Source of the DNA: an uncultured Bacteroidales bacterium
GTDB taxonomy: Bacteria; Bacteroidota; Bacteroidia; Bacteroidales; UBA932
Direction: 5' to 3'
Assembly: GCA_900320365.1 (NCBI GenBank)
Contig: ONSC01000007.1
Coordinates: forward strand, 1,477-65,476
DNA: 64,000 nt
A model generated the notes under the pieces. The model worked only from the letters and a program-made list of their open reading frames with translations, searched no databases and was not told where the DNA came from. Within the stretch, counting starts at the first letter, position 1. Every line of letters starts with the position of its first letter. Positions 19,059-27,399 of this stretch are shown piece after piece. The position numbers and the translations under genes are program-made.

Positions 19059-20090
19059 TTATTTGTTCGAAACCTCCACCTTTGCCCCATCCTTGAGGCT
19101 GGTGCTACCCTTGACAGTCACCACATCGCCCTCTGAGAGGCCTTCCAGAATCTCATAGCGACCATCAATATGGCGGCCTAGTTTGACGATGGAGCTCTCC
19201 ACCGTGTTATCCGGCTGGAGGACATAAACACACCTCTGACCAGTGCCCTGCATCTTGACAACAGACTCTTCCGGTACGACGATGCTGTTGTTCACGCCGA
19301 ACTCGATCTTGACCCTGGCGAACATTCCCGGACGGAGAGCCCTATCGGAATTCTGGACCAGAATCTCAGTGATGAATGTGTGGGAGACAGGATCCATGGT
19401 AGGATATATCTTATTAATCTTCCCGGTGAAAGTCTGTCCCGGAAGGGCATCAACGGTGATCTCAACCTGGTTCCCGATCTTGACCTTGGTGTAGTCCGAC
19501 TCAGACACTCCCACCTTGAGCTTTACCGGGGTTATCTGCTGGACCACGAATATTGGCTGACCGGCGTAAAGATCGCCACGGTCGTAGTTACGGGCGGTAA
19601 CGACACCGCTTATAGGCGAACGGAGATATGTGTTCTCAGCGAGGTTGTTGTAGGACCTGCGGCTAACTTTATAAGCCATCTCAACCGCATCATAATCAGA
19701 CTTGGATACACCACCTTCCTCATAAAGGCTCTTCAGACGGCTGAGCTCTGTGGAATCGTTGACAAGTTTAAGCCTGGTCTGGTCGAGCTGGGCCGCATCC
19801 ATGGTGGCGAGGACCTGTCCCCTCGCGACAAAGGATCCCACATCAACCCTTATCGTCTGGATCCTGCCGGGCGCCTGCGGGGCGATATTATTGATGGCAT
19901 ATGCCTCGACAGTGGAGGAATACACCTCAGTCTGAGGCACTTCCATAGTGAAAGCCTCAGCGGTGGAGACAAGTACGGTCCTTTCCTCCGCGAGAGCGGC
20001 CGGATCGCTTTCCACAGTTTTCTTACCACCGCAAGAGAGCATGGCCGCACATGCGACAGCGAAAACCAATGTCCTGTAAACGTTATTCAT
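19059..20090 (-). CDS. RND efflux periplasmic adaptor (MFP/HlyD family) lipoprotein
   Basis: Lipoprotein signal ...AAMLSCGG, then barrel-sandwich, coiled-coil and beta-barrel regions. The start is moved to the ATG at 20090 (MNNVYRTLVF...). Confidence 0.85.
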   Translation of the reverse strand: MNNVYRTLVFAVACAAMLSCGGKKTVESDPAALAEERTVLVSTAEAFTMEVPQTEVYSSTVEAYAINNIAPQAPGRIQTIRVDVGSFVARGQVLATMDAAQLDQTRLKLVNDSTELSRLKSLYEEGGVSKSDYDAVEMAYKVSRRSYNNLAENTYLRSPISGVVTARNYDRGDLYAGQPIFVVQQITPVKLKVGVSESDYTKVKIGNQVEITVDALPGQTFTGKINKIYPTMDPVSHTFITEILVQNSDRALRPGMFARVKIEFGVNNSIVVPEESVVKMQGTGQRCVYVLQPDNTVESSIVKLGRHIDGRYEILEGLSEGDVVTVKGSTSLKDGAKVEVSNK

Positions 20091-20116
20091 ATCTTGTTTT
20101 ATTATTATTAACAATG

Positions 20117-21649
20117 CTACATGTTATCCAGATCGACATTTCCTTCCTCATCGATGAAATCGCCTCCAAGGATTTGCTCGAGGCTAGACTTAGCGACGAT
20201 GAAATTATAAACGGCCTGACTTTGCTGAAGGCTCGCCTGGGTGAGGGTCAACTGGGCATCGTTCATATCCGTGATGGTGCCCTTACCGACTTTGTAGGAT
20301 TTAGCAGCGATGTCGTACGCCTTTCGTGCCAGACCGACAGCCTCGGTGGCAGCATGGTAGCTATTCATGCTGGTCTCCATGGTGTTGAGGAACTGGCGGA
20401 TAGCTATCCTCAACTGCCTCTCCGTCTCAATCCTCTGAAGATCGAGCTCAACGGCCTGGACCTTGGCCTGCTTGACATCGTAATGGCGCTTGAACCCGGT
20501 GAATATCGGGATGTTAAGGCTAAGTCCGACGTATGAATACGGCGACCATTTGTACTCACTGAACTTGAAGTCGTTGGTCATCGCGATCATATTGTAGGCG
20601 AAAGCCGCGGACAGAGTGGGAAGATATGCCGCTTTGTACATCCTGACACTCGAGGCAAGCTGGTCAGCCTGAAGCTCAAGCTGGCGCAATGTGGTGTTAT
20701 AATCCAAGGAAGGATCATCATTATCGTGGATGTCCCTGAACATCTGTGTGGAGTAATCCCCAAGTGACCCAGCGACATCAATATTCCTGTCCAGGTCGAC
20801 TCCCATCACTGCCTTGAGCTGCCAGAGGGCAAGCATTACAGAGCTCTCCGCGTTATAGACATTTGGAATCGCGCCGGCGACAACCGATTTGGCCCTGGTA
20901 TATTCCAACTCGGAGGCCTTCTCGGCGTTGTAGCGCCTCTCTGTCTGCACGAAGTTCTCCACGGCGTTCTCATAGACATCCTTGTAAACATTGAACGCCT
21001 CCTTGGCGAGAAGAACCGCATAGAAAGCCTGCTTGACTTGGGTGACCATGTCCAACCTCGAGGAGCGAGCCTTCTCCACGGCGAGGTCAACCGCCTGGCC
21101 AGAGATCCTGAGGCTCTCCCATAGTTGGGCGTTTATCAAGGGCATTTGGGCGTTAACACCGTAGTTGTAGGTATTCCAACGGCCGACGGCGAACCCGCTG
21201 TTGGAGCTGGAGCTCTCACTCTCGCCCGGGATAATCAGAGGCATCCCCTGAATGGCGGACAACTCATTGATTCTGATGAAATAAGGTGCGAGAGAGCTCA
21301 GCATCCCGAATCCACCGCCGCCTTCCTCATCGTCCCCGCTGTCTGAGTCCATGTACATTATCTGTTTCTTGATGGTCCTCTGGTAGGATCCGGAACCGGC
21401 CACCTGGGGAAAGAGCGAGGAGTAAGTGCCCTTTTTAGCATATTGGCTCCTTTCGATCTCCTTATCAGCCACTTTGACAGCCACATTCTCGCTGAGAGCT
21501 ATTTTAAGAGCGTCATCAAGTGTGATAACCACCGCCGATGTGTCAGATTTCACTCCCGTCGCCGATACGGCGTCCGTCCTGTACTGTCCTGACAGAGTGG
21601 TGACTGTCAACGTCAGCACTGCTGTCACAATCAGGTTCATTCTTGTCAT
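20117..21649 (-). CDS. TolC-family outer-membrane efflux protein
   Basis: 510 aa with signal peptide and duplicated OEP repeats (LDDALKIALSENVAVK...). It is the first gene of the TolC-MFP-RND-PII-like operon. Confidence 0.85.
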   Translation of the reverse strand: MTRMNLIVTAVLTLTVTTLSGQYRTDAVSATGVKSDTSAVVITLDDALKIALSENVAVKVADKEIERSQYAKKGTYSSLFPQVAGSGSYQRTIKKQIMYMDSDSGDDEEGGGGFGMLSSLAPYFIRINELSAIQGMPLIIPGESESSSSNSGFAVGRWNTYNYGVNAQMPLINAQLWESLRISGQAVDLAVEKARSSRLDMVTQVKQAFYAVLLAKEAFNVYKDVYENAVENFVQTERRYNAEKASELEYTRAKSVVAGAIPNVYNAESSVMLALWQLKAVMGVDLDRNIDVAGSLGDYSTQMFRDIHDNDDPSLDYNTTLRQLELQADQLASSVRMYKAAYLPTLSAAFAYNMIAMTNDFKFSEYKWSPYSYVGLSLNIPIFTGFKRHYDVKQAKVQAVELDLQRIETERQLRIAIRQFLNTMETSMNSYHAATEAVGLARKAYDIAAKSYKVGKGTITDMNDAQLTLTQASLQQSQAVYNFIVAKSSLEQILGGDFIDEEGNVDLDNM

Positions 21650-21709
21650 ATCTATTAATTGATTCTTCTATAAAAAACCAATAATTCACTACAAATGTTA
21701 TACTAAACA

Positions 21710-21749
21710 AAACCGGAAAACATTGAAATCTCTCAACATTTTCCGGTTT
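21710..21749 (-). terminator. probable rho-independent terminator of lgt
   Basis: aaaccggaaaa...ttttccggttt inverted repeat with an internal ttga/tcaa extension. On the minus strand it is followed by ttttgtttag. It lies 57 nt downstream of the lgt stop. Confidence 0.5.
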
Positions 21750-21757
21750 ATCGTTTT

Positions 21758-21807
21758 AGATTCTTCGCTTCGCTCAGAATGACAATGTAGGCTCCGCTCA
21801 GAATGTC
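21758..21807. repeat. short dispersed repeat: AGATTCTTCGCTTCGCTCAGAATGACA plus a second GCTCAGAATGTCA half-copy
   Basis: Contains the 13-nt core TTCGCTTCGCTCA (21764-21776), which also occurs at 62989-63001 and in reverse complement at 54387-54399. GCTCAGAATG(A/T)CA is repeated at 21771-21783 and 21795-21807, the latter overlapping the lgt stop codon. Confidence 0.6.
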
Positions 21808-22690
21808 AGCCGTTCAGGCTTTTCGCATAATGAGTTGGCTCAGCCTTCTTGGGACGTGTGTCCGGTATCAACGCCCGGGCTGGAATCTTCTTCTTGAAAG
21901 CGTAGATCAGCAGCCCTATTCCCAAAAGGACGAAAGGAATGCTGAGTTTCTGTCCCATATTCAGCACCATACCGACCTCGAAGGCCTCCTGCGGCTCCTT
22001 GATGAACTCAATCAGGAATCTCATTCCAAAGCAACCTATGAAGAACAACCCGATGAAGGTTCCCCTGTATACCTTGTCAAGTTTCTTGACATAGAGCCAG
22101 ACAAGGATCAGTCCAAGAATCAGATAGCTTAAGGCCTCGTAAATCTGGGTCGGATGCTTCGGCTCCGTCTCTCCCCTACGTTCAAATATGAAGCCCCAGG
22201 GGAGATTCGTAACGTCACCGTAAATCTCAGAGTTGCAAAGGTTTCCAAGCCTGATGAAGGTTGCCGCGAAAGCCACCGCGATACAGAGGTGATCCAAGAT
22301 CCAGAGGAAGTCAATATGATACTTCTTGCCGTATTTCCAAGCGAACCACCACATGCACAAAATCAGCATGATGGTGCCGCCGTGGCTGGCCAATCCACCT
22401 TCCCAGACTTTGAATATCTCCAGGAAACCTTTCCAGGAAGTGAAGTAATAGTCGAATCCATAGAAAAGGCAGTGCCCCAGACGCGCTCCCACAAGAGTAC
22501 CAAGGAGGAGAGTGTAGAGCAGCGGGTCGAGAAAGTCCTTATTGACCTTCTCACGCTCACAGAACTTTGTGAAAATCCAATACCCTAGAATGAAACCGGA
22601 GACGAACAGGAGGCCGTACCAACGCACGGCGAAGCCCCCGATCCGGATAATCTCCGGATTCATATTCCAGTGCACTACCAGCGGATCCAT
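21806..22690 (-). CDS. lgt: prolipoprotein diacylglyceryl transferase
   Basis: 294 aa polytopic membrane protein. FAVRWYGLLFVSGFILGYWIF and ...GARLGHCLFY...HPTQIYEAL are Lgt motifs. Confidence 0.9.
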   Translation of the reverse strand: MDPLVVHWNMNPEIIRIGGFAVRWYGLLFVSGFILGYWIFTKFCEREKVNKDFLDPLLYTLLLGTLVGARLGHCLFYGFDYYFTSWKGFLEIFKVWEGGLASHGGTIMLILCMWWFAWKYGKKYHIDFLWILDHLCIAVAFAATFIRLGNLCNSEIYGDVTNLPWGFIFERRGETEPKHPTQIYEALSYLILGLILVWLYVKKLDKVYRGTFIGLFFIGCFGMRFLIEFIKEPQEAFEVGMVLNMGQKLSIPFVLLGIGLLIYAFKKKIPARALIPDTRPKKAEPTHYAKSLNG

Positions 22691-22702
22691 GGCTTTGGGA
22701 TA

Positions 22703-23956
22703 TTATTCCTGAATGGCGGCTATTCCGGGAAGAGTCTTGCCCTCAATAGCTTCCAACATCGCTCCGCCACCGGTGCTGACATAGCTGACCTTGTCGGCGA
22801 ATCCCATCTTTGTGACAGCGGCGACAGAGTCACCACCGCCCACTAAGGTGTATGCTCCGTGCTCGGTAGCCTTGGCCACACACTCAGCGATCTTCTCGGT
22901 TCCGGTCGCGAAGTTCGGGAACTCGAACACGCCGGCGGGGCCGTTCCAAAGGATGGTCTTGGAGGCGAGGATGATCCTGGCCCAGTTCTCGATTGAAGCG
23001 GGACCGCAGTCCATGCCCTCCCATCCGTCAGGAATCTTGTGGGAAGGGACAACCATCTCGGGAGTGTCGTTGGCGAACTCCTGGGTGACGCGTGTCTGGA
23101 CGGAGAGCGACACATTCACGCCAAGTTCCTGAGCCTTCTCCATTATCTCCTTCGCCTGAGGGATAAGGTCATCCTCATGGAGGGAATTACCGATGTTACC
23201 ACCCTCAGCCTTAATGAAGGTGTAACCCATTCCTCCGCAGATGATGAGGTTATCCACTTTGCCCAGAAGGTTCTCAAGGACAGCGAGTTTCGAAGAAACC
23301 TTGGATCCTCCGATGATCGCGGTGAAAGGACGACGGGCGTTCTTCAGGACGTTGTCAATGGCCTTGATCTCTTTCTCCATCAGGTAGCCGAACATCTTGT
23401 CCTCAGGGAAATAAGCGGCGATGAGAGCTGTGGAGGCGTGTGCCCTGTGGGCTGTTCCGAAAGCGTCGTTGATGTAGCAGTCAGCATAGGAGGCTAACTT
23501 CTTCACGAATTCCTTCTGGCTCTCCTTGACAGCCTTCTTAGCGGCTGCCTTCTCCTCATCGGTGGCATCCTCGGCTAGACCTCTGGGTTTGCCTTCCTCC
23601 TCGGCGTAGAAACGAAGGTTCTCGAGCATCAGGACTTCACCGGGTTTGAGAGCGGCGGCCTGCTCGTCAGCCTTCTGGCAATCATCAGCGAACTGGACAG
23701 GGACTCCGAGGCACTCTGAGACATGAGCCACGATGTGCTTGAGAGAGAACTTCTCCGTCACGCCCTTGGGACGTCCGAGATGGGACATGAGAATGAGGGA
23801 GCCTCCCTCCGCAAGAACCTTCTTCAAAGTGGGAAGGGCCGCGCGGATACGGGTGTCGTCAGTGATGTTGAAATTCTCGTCAAGCGGAACGTTGAAATCC
23901 ACTCTGACAATGGCCTTCTTGCCTTTGAAATCATAAGAGTCAATGTGCTGCTGCAT
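22703..23956 (-). CDS. pgk: phosphoglycerate kinase
   Basis: 417 aa. [10 protein letters not shown], ...[10 protein letters not shown] and ...STGGGAMLE are canonical Pgk. Confidence 0.95.
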   Translation of the reverse strand: MQQHIDSYDFKGKKAIVRVDFNVPLDENFNITDDTRIRAALPTLKKVLAEGGSLILMSHLGRPKGVTEKFSLKHIVAHVSECLGVPVQFADDCQKADEQAAALKPGEVLMLENLRFYAEEEGKPRGLAEDATDEEKAAAKKAVKESQKEFVKKLASYADCYINDAFGTAHRAHASTALIAAYFPEDKMFGYLMEKEIKAIDNVLKNARRPFTAIIGGSKVSSKLAVLENLLGKVDNLIICGGMGYTFIKAEGGNIGNSLHEDDLIPQAKEIMEKAQELGVNVSLSVQTRVTQEFANDTPEMVVPSHKIPDGWEGMDCGPASIENWARIILASKTILWNGPAGVFEFPNFATGTEKIAECVAKATEHGAYTLVGGGDSVAAVTKMGFADKVSYVSTGGGAMLEAIEGKTLPGIAAIQE

Positions 23957-23991
23957 AGTAATTAATATTTTGTTATCGTTTTTTTCCGGAG

Positions 23992-23999
23992 CAAAGATA
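23992..23999 (-). promoter_or_regulatory. -7 box TATCTTTG for pgk
   Basis: Plus-strand caaagata reads TATCTTTG on the minus strand, 36 nt upstream of the pgk ATG (23956). Confidence 0.5.
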
Positions 24000-24008
24000 C
24001 TATTTTTT

Positions 24009-24016
24009 TATCTTTG
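24009..24016 (+). promoter_or_regulatory. -7 box TATCTTTG for the methyltransferase gene
   Basis: TATCTTTG lies 8 nt upstream of the ATG at 24024, implying a leaderless or near-leaderless mRNA. It mirrors the pgk box 10 nt away. Confidence 0.45.
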
Positions 24017-24023
24017 CACCATC

Positions 24024-24941
24024 ATGGCGACAGAGTTTCCCTCAGATAGGTGGAAAGACTACGAGCTTATGGATTCCGGAGACGGGATGAAGCTCGAGCG
24101 GTTTGGTGGTTACGTGCTTTCAAGACCTGAACCCAAGGCCTTGTGGAGCAAGGAGTTGTCCCAAAAGGAATGGGACTCGGCCGCTCACGTGGTTTTCACT
24201 CCGGGAGCCGGTTTCGGCAAAGCCGGAAAGGAAGATAGCGGCACTTGGGACCGACGGAAGGCCATGCCAGACCAATGGTGGATCAAATATAGGTTGGCCA
24301 CCGGAGACTCCACGATGAATCTGAGGCTGGGGCTGACCTCTTTCAAGCATGTTGGAGTATTTCCGGAGCAGGCCGCTAATTGGGAATATATATTCCGGAA
24401 CACTTCAGAGATAGCCGCTTCCATGGATCAGCGCCCGAAGGTGCTTAACCTTTTCGCATACACCGGTGCGGCATCGCTGGCAGCGAGAGCCGCGGGAGCC
24501 GATGTCACTCACCTTGATTCGGTACGCCAGGTCGTTACCTGGGCGCATGAGAACCAGGACCGCAGTGGCCTGGACGGCATACGCTGGGTGGTGGAGGACG
24601 CCATGAAATTCGCGAAGAGAGAGGCCCGCAGAGGGAATGTTTATAACGGAATAATCCTGGATCCACCCGCCTATGGTCATGGCCCGGACGGAGAGAAATG
24701 GAAGCTTGACGAGTGCTTGTTTGAAATGATGCGTAATGTCGGTGCGATTCTGGCTCCGGAGAATAGCTTTATGGTTCTCAACCTCTACTCCAACGGATTC
24801 TCCGCTGTCCTCGGGGAAACTGTTGTCCGTCAGGCGCTTGGACTTAAAGCAGATATCCCGCTCGACTCTGGTGAACTCGCCCTCAAGGACAAATTCGGCA
24901 AAGTCCTCCCGCTCTCCATCTTCGTCCGCCTCAGAAGATAA
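24024..24941 (+). CDS. class I SAM-dependent (RlmI/RlmK-like) methyltransferase
   Basis: MATEFPSDRWKDYELMDSGDGMKLERFG..., NLFAYTGAASLAAR, ...GIILDPPAYGHG fits the PF10672-type rRNA methyltransferase fold. The ORF-track start at 23943 overlaps pgk and is rejected. Confidence 0.7.
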   Translation: MATEFPSDRWKDYELMDSGDGMKLERFGGYVLSRPEPKALWSKELSQKEWDSAAHVVFTPGAGFGKAGKEDSGTWDRRKAMPDQWWIKYRLATGDSTMNLRLGLTSFKHVGVFPEQAANWEYIFRNTSEIAASMDQRPKVLNLFAYTGAASLAARAAGADVTHLDSVRQVVTWAHENQDRSGLDGIRWVVEDAMKFAKREARRGNVYNGIILDPPAYGHGPDGEKWKLDECLFEMMRNVGAILAPENSFMVLNLYSNGFSAVLGETVVRQALGLKADIPLDSGELALKDKFGKVLPLSIFVRLRR

Positions 24942-24949
24942 TATAGCCG

Positions 24950-25210
24950 TCAAGGTACAGGATCATATCCGCTCCCTCCCCAGGGATTGCAACGCAACAA
25001 TCTCCAGACCGTCAAATACAAGCCCTTGAAGGGTCCCCATTTCCGGAACGCCTCCAGAGCGTATGTGGAACATGAGGGCTCGAAACGGCATGTCTTGTGG
25101 ATATATGGTCCTATACAAGTCCTGTAGAACCAAATCAATCCGAGAAAGGGAGCCGAGAGGACATTCCTCACGACCTGCCTCCAACGGGGTATGCTGTAGC
25201 TATCTTTCAT
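24950..25210 (-). CDS. yidD: membrane protein insertion efficiency factor YidD
   Basis: FYRTCIGPYIHKTCRFEPSCSTYALEAFRKWGPFKGLYLTVWRLLRCNPW is the YidD signature. It is downstream of rnpA, as usual. Confidence 0.9.
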   Translation of the reverse strand: MKDSYSIPRWRQVVRNVLSAPFLGLIWFYRTCIGPYIHKTCRFEPSCSTYALEAFRKWGPFKGLYLTVWRLLRCNPWGGSGYDPVP

Positions 25211-25553
25211 CGGATATGTTTTTCAGTATGACCGACACTTCATCCTTGATAGTCTGGAAGTCATTGACTTCCTTAGAGTTGTAAAGGAATAAGATGTCTA
25301 TTGACGAAGGCCCGAGCATCGATTTTTGTGTCCTGTAAGCCTCTCTCATCCTCCTTTTCAGAAGGTTCCTTTTAACAGCGCGCTTGAAGAAGCGTTTAGG
25401 GACTGAGACCATGATCCTATTGGCTCCGTCCGATGGCTCATTCCTCAGATAGCAATATTTTAGGCCACCAGAGAATCCCCAGCGGCCTTTCGACATCAGA
25501 GCCGAAACCGCAGACCTGCCGCTAAGGCGCTCGGATTTCGGTAATGTCTCCAT
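25200..25553 (-). CDS. rnpA: ribonuclease P protein component
   Basis: 117 aa, basic. ...VSVPKRFFKRAVKRNLLKRRMREAYR is the RnpA RNR-like motif. Synteny with yidD supports the call. Confidence 0.85.
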   Translation of the reverse strand: METLPKSERLSGRSAVSALMSKGRWGFSGGLKYCYLRNEPSDGANRIMVSVPKRFFKRAVKRNLLKRRMREAYRTQKSMLGPSSIDILFLYNSKEVNDFQTIKDEVSVILKNISDER

Positions 25554-25560
25554 GATGATA

Positions 25561-26304
25561 TTATTGTTGTTCCTGCAAGTAGAGCTCTATTGCCCTCGCG
25601 ACAGACGGGGCCTCTGGAGTGGGAGCCTTGACGGCGATAGAGAGTCCGGCGTCCTCCATGGCTTTGACTATGGACTTGCCGAATGACACGAACTTTATGT
25701 TCCCCTGCTCAAATCCGGGGAAGTTCTCCAACAAGGACTTGACGTCGTAAGGATTATAGAACACGATCATGTCATATTCCTTTAAATCCATGTCCTTCAA
25801 GTCCTGGGGTACACTCTTGATGAAAACCGCCGCTTTGTAATCAATCCCATGGGCATCGAACAATTTGGTGAGAGAAGTGCTACCCGCTGAATCGGACTGG
25901 GTGACAAGAAATTTCTCGCCTTTATGCTTGGTGCCAATCTGATTCAGAATGGACTCAGAGGTTCCATCGCCGAAGAAAATCTTACGCTTACGATAGACGA
26001 TGTGTTTCTGGAGATACATAGCGACAGCCTCTGTGGTGCAGAAGTATTTCATTGTCTCTGGTACCTTAACCCTGAGCTCCTCGCAAAGCCCGTAAAACGC
26101 GTCGATCGCATGTCGGGAAGAGAAAACGATAGCTGTGTAGTCCAGAATATTTATCCTTTGAGCCCTGAACTCCCTTGAGGTCAATGGTTCGATAAGGAAA
26201 AACCTACGGAAAGTGATGTCCACACCATACTTCTCCTTCAATGAGGCATAAGGTGCCTCGTTAAGAGGAGCACGCTGTGAGATCAGAATCTTGCGTATAG
26301 CCAT
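25561..26304 (-). CDS. uroporphyrinogen-III synthase (HemD)-like protein
   Basis: 247 aa. ILISQRAPLNEAPYASLKEKYGVDITFRRFFLIEP...AIVFSSRHAIDAF matches the HemD-family protein conserved in Bacteroidales next to a DUF4271 gene. Confidence 0.7.
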   Translation of the reverse strand: MAIRKILISQRAPLNEAPYASLKEKYGVDITFRRFFLIEPLTSREFRAQRINILDYTAIVFSSRHAIDAFYGLCEELRVKVPETMKYFCTTEAVAMYLQKHIVYRKRKIFFGDGTSESILNQIGTKHKGEKFLVTQSDSAGSTSLTKLFDAHGIDYKAAVFIKSVPQDLKDMDLKEYDMIVFYNPYDVKSLLENFPGFEQGNIKFVSFGKSIVKAMEDAGLSIAVKAPTPEAPSVARAIELYLQEQQ

Positions 26305-26337
26305 ATAAATTCCAAATTCAAAAACCCGATGCCAGCA

Positions 26338-26976
26338 TCATAAAAGATTGGCTGATAACACCAACGCGGCAGTCGGGAGCAATTCAAGGCTGCAAAGATA
26401 CAAAAATGTCGAAAAAGGATTGCAATAGGATGCGAAAATCTGTCCCCGCCTTATGACGTAGATAGCATAGGTCAATCCTGTCTCCCACAACAAAACCGCC
26501 CTCACAAGTCTCTGATTATGAGAAACCACGGCTAAAAAACCGCCTGTGAGAAACAAAAGGAAGAACAAGATTATGCAATAGTTGTAAAACGACCTGTTCG
26601 CCGCCGTGAAGACACTTGTGCCGTAGTTGTGCATCTCAAGCTGCCAATTAAGGAAAGTCCTGAGAAGCAGGTATATCAAGAGGACCCCTGTGACAGCCGC
26701 GAGCTGTAGGGCTGACGGAATACTCATGAAAAAGGCGGGCGTATACATCCCGAACGCATACACAAGCATGCAAAACGGAACGAAAAGGATGGCGGCGATC
26801 CAGTTCCGGCTCCTGCTGAGCTGGATGCTGTTCTCAAGATCGAGGTTACCCTTCCACCTGACAACACAATCCCACAACGACGGGAAAATCTTCAGGAAAC
26901 TCTTCAGATTCAATAGAAAAAGAAGAGTGAAGAAAACCGCGAGGGCGCAAAAAACCGGATTGTCAATGGTGTTCAT
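26338..26976 (-). CDS. DUF4271-like polytopic membrane protein
   Basis: Hydrophobic multi-TM protein in the conserved position upstream of the hemD-like gene. I chose the start at ATG 26976 (MNTIDNPVF...); the ORF-track start at 27015 would overlap the SUI1 gene by 35 nt. Confidence 0.55.
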   Translation of the reverse strand: MNTIDNPVFCALAVFFTLLFLLNLKSFLKIFPSLWDCVVRWKGNLDLENSIQLSRSRNWIAAILFVPFCMLVYAFGMYTPAFFMSIPSALQLAAVTGVLLIYLLLRTFLNWQLEMHNYGTSVFTAANRSFYNYCIILFFLLFLTGGFLAVVSHNQRLVRAVLLWETGLTYAIYVIRRGQIFASYCNPFSTFLYLCSLELLPTAALVLSANLL

Positions 26977-26980
26977 CGCG

Positions 26981-27328
26981 TCAATTGCCTCTTTTGGCGT
27001 TGTACCCCATCTCATTCAGGATCGCGGTTACTTTATCCCTGAAATCCCCCTGGATGGTGATCTCCCCGTCCTTCGCGGCACCTCCTACTCCGCACTTCAC
27101 TTTCAAAGTCCGTCCCAAGGCTGAGAGATCCTCCTTAGAGCCCACAAAACCGGTGACAAGGGTCACCTGCTTGCCTCCGCGATTCCGCCTGTCGATGGAC
27201 ACGATAAGGCGTTGACGGGAAGGAGGAAGCGTTTGAGGCTCCTCGCTCTCGCCAGAGTCGTATTTGAAATCCGGATTGGTCGAATAGACCACTCCGAGTC
27301 TCTGCTTCCAGTCGTTGTCGGGCATCAT
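26981..27328 (-). CDS. yciH: translation initiation factor SUI1/YciH family
   Basis: 115 aa. ...RRNRGGKQVTLVTGF...LKVKCGVGGAAKDGEITIQGDFRDKV is the SUI1 domain. Confidence 0.85.
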   Translation of the reverse strand: MMPDNDWKQRLGVVYSTNPDFKYDSGESEEPQTLPPSRQRLIVSIDRRNRGGKQVTLVTGFVGSKEDLSALGRTLKVKCGVGGAAKDGEITIQGDFRDKVTAILNEMGYNAKRGN

Positions 27329-27347
27329 TTTGTAACGGATATTTTTG

Positions 27348-27355
27348 CAAAGATA
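27348..27355 (-). promoter_or_regulatory. -7 box TATCTTTG for the SUI1 gene
   Basis: Plus-strand caaagata lies 20 nt upstream of the ATG at 27328. Confidence 0.45.
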
Positions 27356-27368
27356 GGCATTCCTTTTG

Positions 27369-27376
27369 TATCTTTG
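27369..27376 (+). promoter_or_regulatory. -7 box TATCTTTG for the DUF2723 gene
   Basis: TATCTTTG lies 24 nt upstream of the ATG at 27400. It is divergent from, and mirrors, the SUI1 box. Confidence 0.45.
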
Positions 27377-27399
27377 TCAGGATTATGCCTTATTAATTT

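Noticed and set aside
23943-24023. N-terminal extensions offered by the ORF track, here and at 2463-2567, 30912-31037, 32844-32900, 35568-35621, 36968-37129, 49951-50073, 55405-55635, 20091-20114 and 52576-52587.
   Set aside because: The extensions overlap neighbouring genes or promoters, encode junk-like sequence, and are followed by internal ATGs. Those ATGs begin with a signal peptide or a conserved family N-terminus. I used the internal starts.
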